From contig JAUCBJ010001705.1 of the NCBI GenBank assembly GCA_032718475.1, positions 1 to 42,076 of the forward strand: a DNA stretch of 42,076 bases, read 5' to 3'. The translations under genes and the position numbers were made by a program. This stretch comes from Nemertoderma westbladi (Eukaryota > Animalia > Xenacoelomorpha). Shown here one piece after another: positions 36,168 through 42,076 of the stretch. Under the pieces are notes generated by a model. It was not told where the DNA came from and made no database searches. It worked only from the letters and a program-made list of their open reading frames with translations. Every line of letters starts with the position of its first letter. Position 1 is the first letter of the stretch.

Positions 36168-36564
36168 TAGTGTTTAAACTGGATCAGACTTTTCGGGATT
36201 TCCAGGATCGGGATTCCGCCTTTCGGGATCGGAATTGTAAATTTTGGATTAAAATTCCTTGAAGTATTTTAGTATATGTGGCGGGTTTGGGGTGTAACAC
36301 TGAATTTATCTTAACACTAATCGTACGACAAAGATATATTCAATTACAATTCCTTACAATTACTTACAATTCATTACTGGATGGTTTGCTGACATAAAAA
36401 TTCGATATAATCAAAACATTTTTATTTATCAGATATTCAACTAATTTACTTAACTATTTATACTTCGGGATCCCGTTCCAAAAAAAAGTCGGGATCGGGA
36501 CCGGGATCGCATTTTTCGCCGGGATCCCGGTTTTTTTTGGTATCAGGATCCCGTTTAAACACTA
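36168..36564. mobile_element. hAT-like MITE in intron 2
   Basis: TIRs TAGTGTTTAAAC.GGATC / GATCCCGTTTAAACACTA; subterminal CGGGATC repeats; TSD ambiguous. Confidence 0.65.
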
Positions 36565-36696
36565 GATCCATATTCCATAGCCAAGTTCTAGTCCTCCCTT
36601 CCCGTGAACACTCAGTTATTGCGCCACAGTACCATATAAATATTTTATTTATATCCTGTTTGTTCGTAATCGTAAATAAACTCGCTTGTTTTTCAG

Positions 36697-37216
36697 GGTA
36701 TAAACCGACGGCCCCATCTATAGATGTCCCTCCCGTTGGTATGCGACGCTCCGTTTCCTCTCCAATATCACCCAGGAGACGGACCTCCCCGCTCCCGCCT
36801 AGACCTCCGCTTTCACCCAAGCATAAACTGCAACTGGGTAGTCAAAACTCCGGCCACACACCTGTCTCTCATAGCCAAACCACCGGTCACACAACTGTCA
36901 CTCATAGCCAAACCACCGCCCATCCAACTGTCACTCATAGCCGAACCACCGTCCATCCAACTGTCACTCATAGCCAAACCACCGCCCATCCAACTGTCAC
37001 TCATAGCCGAACCACCGTCCATCCAACTGTCACTCATAGCCAAACCACCGTCCATCCAACTGCCACTCCTAGCCTAACTTCCATCCACGCAGTTGTCACT
37101 CATAACCAACCAACTACTCATCTTGATGTATCGGCGAATAAAGCCCCCGGCCAAGCATCACTATCTCAGCGGCCGTGCGCCAGGGCTTTGTTTAAATACG
37201 GCGGAACAGATGACGT
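36697..37216 (+). CDS. SH3RF1: SH3RF/POSH exon 3 (Pro-rich linker, 11-aa repeats, start of SH3-1)
   Basis: TTTCAG| phase 1 matches exon 2; ends RPCARALFKYGGTDD then |GTAAGT. Confidence 0.85.
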
Positions 37217-37469
37217 GTAAGTGCGGTTATAATATCTTAAACACTTAATTGGTACGGTACCTTAAATCAATTGGGATCGAGCTGAAAATGCAACTGTATT
37301 TAATAATATAGTATTTTGTCCAGAAATGAAAAATATGTGTAAGCCGAGAGAGAGAAACTTGATGAATAAAAGAAACAGCTTGATTCAATTTAGTTGTATT
37401 TTCCCCCCACCCTCGTTAAATTTGTAATTAAATTTAGGCCCTTATATGTATTATGAATATTTTTTCCAG

Positions 37470-37584
37470 AGATCTTTCTTTCGAAAAAGGTGACTTCATT
37501 TACTTAAAGAAACGGATCGATGTGAACTGGTTGGAGGGGGAATGTAAAAATCGTAGTGGTGTATTTCCCTTCAACCACGTACAG
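37470..37584 (+). CDS. SH3RF1: SH3RF/POSH exon 4 (SH3-1)
   Basis: TTCCAG|A then DLSFEKGDFIYLKKRIDVNWLEGECKNRSGVFPFNHVQ, donor CAG|GTCAGT. Confidence 0.92.
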
Positions 37585-40193
37585 GTCAGTGTATGTTGGT
37601 TCAATTCAACCCCGTACAGGTCAGTGTGTGTTGGTTCAATTCAACCCCGTACAGGTCAGTGTGTGTTGGTTCAATTCAACCCCGTACAGGTCAGTGTATG
37701 TTGGTTCAATTCAACCACGTACAGGTCAGTGTGTGTTGGTTCAATTCAACCACGTACAGGTCAGTGTGTGTTGGTTCAATTCAACCACGTACAGGTCAGT
37801 GTGTGTTGGTTCAATTCAACCCTGTACAGGTCAGTGTGTGTTGGTTCAATTCAACCACGTACAGGTCAGTGTATGTTGGTTCAATTCAACCACGTACAGG
37901 TCAGTGTGTGTTGGTTCAATTCAACCACGTACAGGTCAGTGTGTGTTGGTTCAATTCAACCCCGTACAGGTCAGTGTGTGTTGGTTCAATTCAATCACGT
38001 CTAGGTCAGTGTATGTTGGTTCAATTCAACCACGTACAGGTCAGTGTGTGTTGGTTCAATTCAACCACGTACAGGTTAGTGTGTGTTGGTTCAATTCAAC
38101 CACGTACAGGTCAGTGTGTGTTGGTTCAATTCAACCACGTACAGGTCAGTGTGTGTTGGTTCAATTCAACCACGTACAGGTCAGTGTGTGTTGGGTCAAT
38201 TCAACCACGTACAGGTCAGTGTGTGTTGGTTCAATTCAACCACGTACAGGTCAGTGTGTGTTGGTTCAATTCAACCCCGTACAGGTCAGTGTGTGTTGGT
38301 TCAATTCAACCACGTACAGTACAGGTCAGTGCGTGTTGGTTCAATTCAACCCCGTACAGGTCAGTGTGTGTTGGTTCAATTCAACCACGTACAGGTCAGT
38401 GTATGTTGGTTCAATTCAACCACGTACAGGTCAGTGTGTGTTGGTTCAATTCAACCACGTACAGGTCAGTGTGTGTTGGTTCAATTCAACCACGTACAGG
38501 TCAGTGTGTGTTGGTTCAATTCAACCCCGTACAGGTCAGTGTGTGTTGGTTCAATTCAACCACGTACAGGTCAGTGTATGTTGGTTCAATTCAACCACGT
38601 ACAGGTCAGTGTGTGTTGGTTCAATTCAACCACGTACAGGTCAGTGTGTGTTGGTTCAATTCAACCACGTACAGGTCAGTGTGTGTTGGTTCAATTCAAC
38701 CACGTACAGGTCAGTGTGTGTTGGCTCAATTCAACCACGTACAGTACAGGTCAGTGTGTGTTGGTTCAATTCAACCCCGTACAGGTCAGTGTGTGTTGGT
38801 TCAATTCAACCCCGTACAGGTCAGTGTGTGTTGGTTCAATTCAACCCCGTACAGGTCAGTGTGTGTTGGTTCAATTCAACCACGTACAGGTCAGTGTGTG
38901 TTGGTTCAATTCAACCACGTACAGGTCAGTGTATGTTGGTTCAATTCAACCACGTACAGGTCAGTGTATGTTGGTTCAATTCAACCACGTACAGGTCAGT
39001 GTGTGTTGGTTCAATTCAACCACGTACAGGTCAGTGTGTGTTGGTTCAATTCAACCCCGTACAGGTCAGTGTGTGTTGGTTCAATTCAACCACGTACAGG
39101 TCAGTGTGTGTTGGTTCAATTCAACCCCGTACAGGTCAGTGTGTGTTGGCTCAATTCAACCACGTACAGTACAGGTCAGTGTGTGTTGGTTCAATTCAAC
39201 CCCGTACAGGTCAGTGTGTGTTGGTTCAATTCAACCCCGTACAGGTCAGTGTGTGTTGGTTCAATTCAACCACGTACAGGTCAGTGTGTGTTGGTTCAAT
39301 TCAACCACGTACAGGTCAGTGTATGTTGGTTCAATTCAACCACGTACAGGTCAGTGTATGTTGGTTCAATTCAACCCCGTACAGGTCAGTGTGTGTTGGT
39401 TCAATTCAACCACGTACAGGTCAGTGTGTGTTGGTTCAATTCAACCACGTACAGGTCAGTGTATGTTGGTTCAATTCAACCACGTACAGGTCAGTGTATG
39501 TTGGTTCAATTCAACCACGTACAGGTCAGTGTGTGTTGGCTCAATTCAACCACGTACAGTACAGGTCAGTGTGTGTTGGTTCAATTCAACCCCGTACAGG
39601 TCAGTGTGTGTTGGTTCAATTCAACCCCGTACAGGTCAGTGTGTGTTGGTTCAATTCAACCCCGTACAGGTCAGTGTGTGTTGGTTCAATTCAACCACGT
39701 ACAGGTCAGTGTGTGTTGGTTCAATTCAACCACGTACAGGTCAGTGTGTGTTGGTTCAATTCAACCCCGTACAGGTCAGTGTGTGTTGGTTCAATTCAAC
39801 CACGTACAGGTCAGTGTATGTTGGTTCAATTCAACCACGTACAGGTCAGTGTGTGTTGGTTCAATTCAACCACGTACAGGTCAGTGTGTGTTGGTTCAAT
39901 TCAACCCCGTACAGGTCAGTGTGTGTTGGTTCAATTCAACCACGTACAGGTCAGTGTGTGTTGGTTCAATTCAACCACGTACAGGTCAGTGTGTGTTGGT
40001 TCAATTCAACCACGTACAGGTCAGTGTATCTTGGTTCAATTCAACCACGTACAGGTCAGTGTATGTTGGTTCAATTCAACCACGTACAGGTCAGTGTGTG
40101 TTGGTTCAATTCAACCACGTACAGGTCAGTGTATGTTGGTTCAATTCAACCACGTACAGGTTAGTGTATGTTGGTTCAATTCAACCACGTACA
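37570..40193. repeat. 35-bp satellite, ~74 copies, built from the exon 4/intron 4 junction
   Basis: Unit TTCAACCACGTACAG|GTCAGTGTGTGTTGGTTCAA; four 40-bp variant units. Confidence 0.97.
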
Positions 40194-40195
40194 AC

Positions 40196-41500
40196 TTAGT
40201 TGTTCACGTGCTGCTCGAAATCCCAGACTAGTTAACCAGTCAGTTTAGTTGTTCACGTGCTGCTCGAAGTCCCAGACTAGTTAACCAGTCAGCATAGTTG
40301 TTCACGTGCTGCTCGAAGTCCCAGACTAGTTAACCAGTCAGCTTAGTTGGTCACGTGTTGCTCGAAGTCCCAGACTAGTTAACCAGTCAGCTTAGTTGTT
40401 TACTTGCTGCTCGAAGTCCCAGACTAGTTAACAAGTTAGCTTAGTTGTTCACGTGCTGCTCGAAGCCCCAGACTAGTTAACGTGCTGGTTTAGTTGTTCA
40501 CGTGCTGCTCGAAGTCCCAGACTAGTTAACCAGTCAGCTTAGTTGTTCACGTGCTGCTCGAAGTCCCAGACTAGTTAACCAGTCAGTTTAGTTGTTCACG
40601 TGCTGCTCGAAGTCCCAGACTAGTTAACCAGTCAGCATAGTTGTTCACGTGCTGCTCAAAGTCCCAGACTAGTTAACCAGTCAGCTTAGTTGGTCACGTG
40701 TTGCTCGAAGTCCCAGACCTGTTAACCAGTCAGCTTAGTTGTTCACGTGCTGCTCGAAGCCCCAGACTAGTTAACGTGCTGGTTTAGTTGTTCACGTGCT
40801 GCTCGAAGTCCCAGACTAGTTAACCAGTCAGCATAGTTGTTCACGTGCTGCTCGAAGTCCCACACTAGTTAACCAGTCAGCTTAGTTGGTCACGTGCTGC
40901 TCGAAGTCCCAGACTAGTTAACCAGTCAGCTTAGTTGTTCACGTGCTGCTCGAAGTCACATACTAGTTAACCAGTTAGCTTAGTTGTTCACGTGCTGCTC
41001 GAAGCCCCAGACTAGTTAACGTGCTGGTTTAGTTGTTCACGTGCTGCTCGAAGTCCCAGACTAGTTAACCAGTTAGCTTAGTTGTTCACGTGCTGCTCGA
41101 AGCCCCAGACTAGTTAACGTGCTGGTTTAGTCGTTCACGTGCTGCTCGAAGTCCCAGACTAGTTAACCAGTCAGCATAGTTGTTCACGTGCTGCTCGAAG
41201 TCCCAGACTAGTTAACCAGTCAGCTTAGTTGGTCACGTGCTGCTCGAAGTCCCAGACTAGTTAACCAGTCAGCTTAGTTGTTCACGTGCTGCTCGAAGTC
41301 CCAGACTAGTTAACCAGTCAGCTTAGTTGTTCACGTGCTGCTCGAAGCCCCAGACTAGTTAACGTGCTGGTTTAGTTGTTCACGTGCTGCTCGAAGTCCC
41401 AGACTAGTTAACCAGTCAGCTTAGTTGTTCACGTGCTGCTCGAAGCCCCAGACTAGTTAACGTGCTGGTTTATTTATTCACGTGCTGCTCGAAGCCCCAG
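40196..41500. repeat. 49-bp satellite, ~27 copies
   Basis: Unit TTAGTTGTTCACGTGCTGCTCGAAGTCCCAGACTAGTTAACCAGTCAGC with a recurring ...CCCCAGACTAGTTAACGTGCTGGT variant. Confidence 0.95.
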
Positions 41501-41816
41501 AATAGATAAAACAACAACAATAACGGATGAGTGAGTTAAACCGATAAGAAATAATTTATTCTGATTCAATGAATTACATTTAGTCTTACTGTCTTACTCT
41601 ATTCATGTATTTAATGTTAAAACAGATTTGAATTTACCGCCAAAATATAGGTGGCAGATCTGATCTGCCACCCTTTCCAGTACAAATTACATGTCTTTCA
41701 ATCATTTGAATTTCCCGCGCTATGGAGCAGGGTTGTTTTAGAGAAGTTTTAGGGACTTGTCGTGGCACCGTGGACTCTAACAGTGTAATTAGTAACTAAT
41801 TAATATGCATCCGCAG

Positions 41817-42014
41817 ATCATTACTCCCCTACCGGCACCAGCTCCCTACTGCCGGGCCCTTTATGATTTCAACGTAGATAAGAGCACGCTAGAGAAGGAT
41901 TCCTTGAGTTTCCGTAAAGGTCAGGATATTACGCTAATTCGTCGAGTCGACTCTAACTGGGTAGAAGGTATGATCAACGGCACCGTCGGTATATTCCCTC
42001 TAGTGTTTGTCGAG
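41817..42014 (+). CDS. SH3RF1: SH3RF/POSH exon 5 (SH3-2); gene continues beyond the window
   Basis: CCGCAG|IITPLPAPAPYCRALYDFNVDK...LSFRKGQDITLIRRVDSNWVEG...GIFPLVFVE|GTGAGT; phase 0 joins exon 4. Confidence 0.93.
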
Positions 42015-42076
42015 GTGAGTTCATTACATCATTACTGTAGTCTGCCGACCTATGATGTCTGATTTTCCTAGAATAA

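Noticed and set aside
37556-40231. Long ORFs of 891, 868 and 693 aa
   Set aside because: By-products of a stop-free 35-bp satellite read in three frames; the region lies in an SH3RF intron.
37570-41500. CRISPR-like arrays
   Set aside because: Units are head-to-tail with no unique spacers, no cas genes, eukaryotic context.

Overview
AT-rich, intron-containing animal (probably invertebrate) genomic DNA dominated by nested transposons. Host genes: an intronless SLC18B1-like MFS transporter (2421-3686) and the first five coding exons of an SH3RF/POSH RING-SH3 E3 ligase (34631-42014). The centrepiece is a 16.6-kb DDE DNA transposon (11614-28223; TATGG...CCATA termini, 6-bp TSD GGCTCA, ~1.0-1.2-kb TIRs; IS3EU-like). 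It carries a spliced integrase-type transposase and a convergent, spliced, decayed zinc-ribbon/HECT ubiquitin-ligase-like gene. A CR1/L2-group LINE inserted into it, and a second LINE (16-bp TSD; ORF1 and ORF2 in frame, separated only by TGA-CAA-CCA) inserted into that LINE's 3' UTR. Just left of the transposon is a type I hammerhead ribozyme (11276-11321) between Pol III A and B boxes in a tRNA-like scaffold. An SH3RF intron begins with ~74 tandem copies of a 35-bp unit that is the exon end plus 5' splice site, followed by a 49-bp satellite. Also present: two inverted RTE fragments, MITEs, hairpin elements and many TA-flanked micro-insertions resembling excision footprints. All calls were made by eye; family names are motif-based, not database results.
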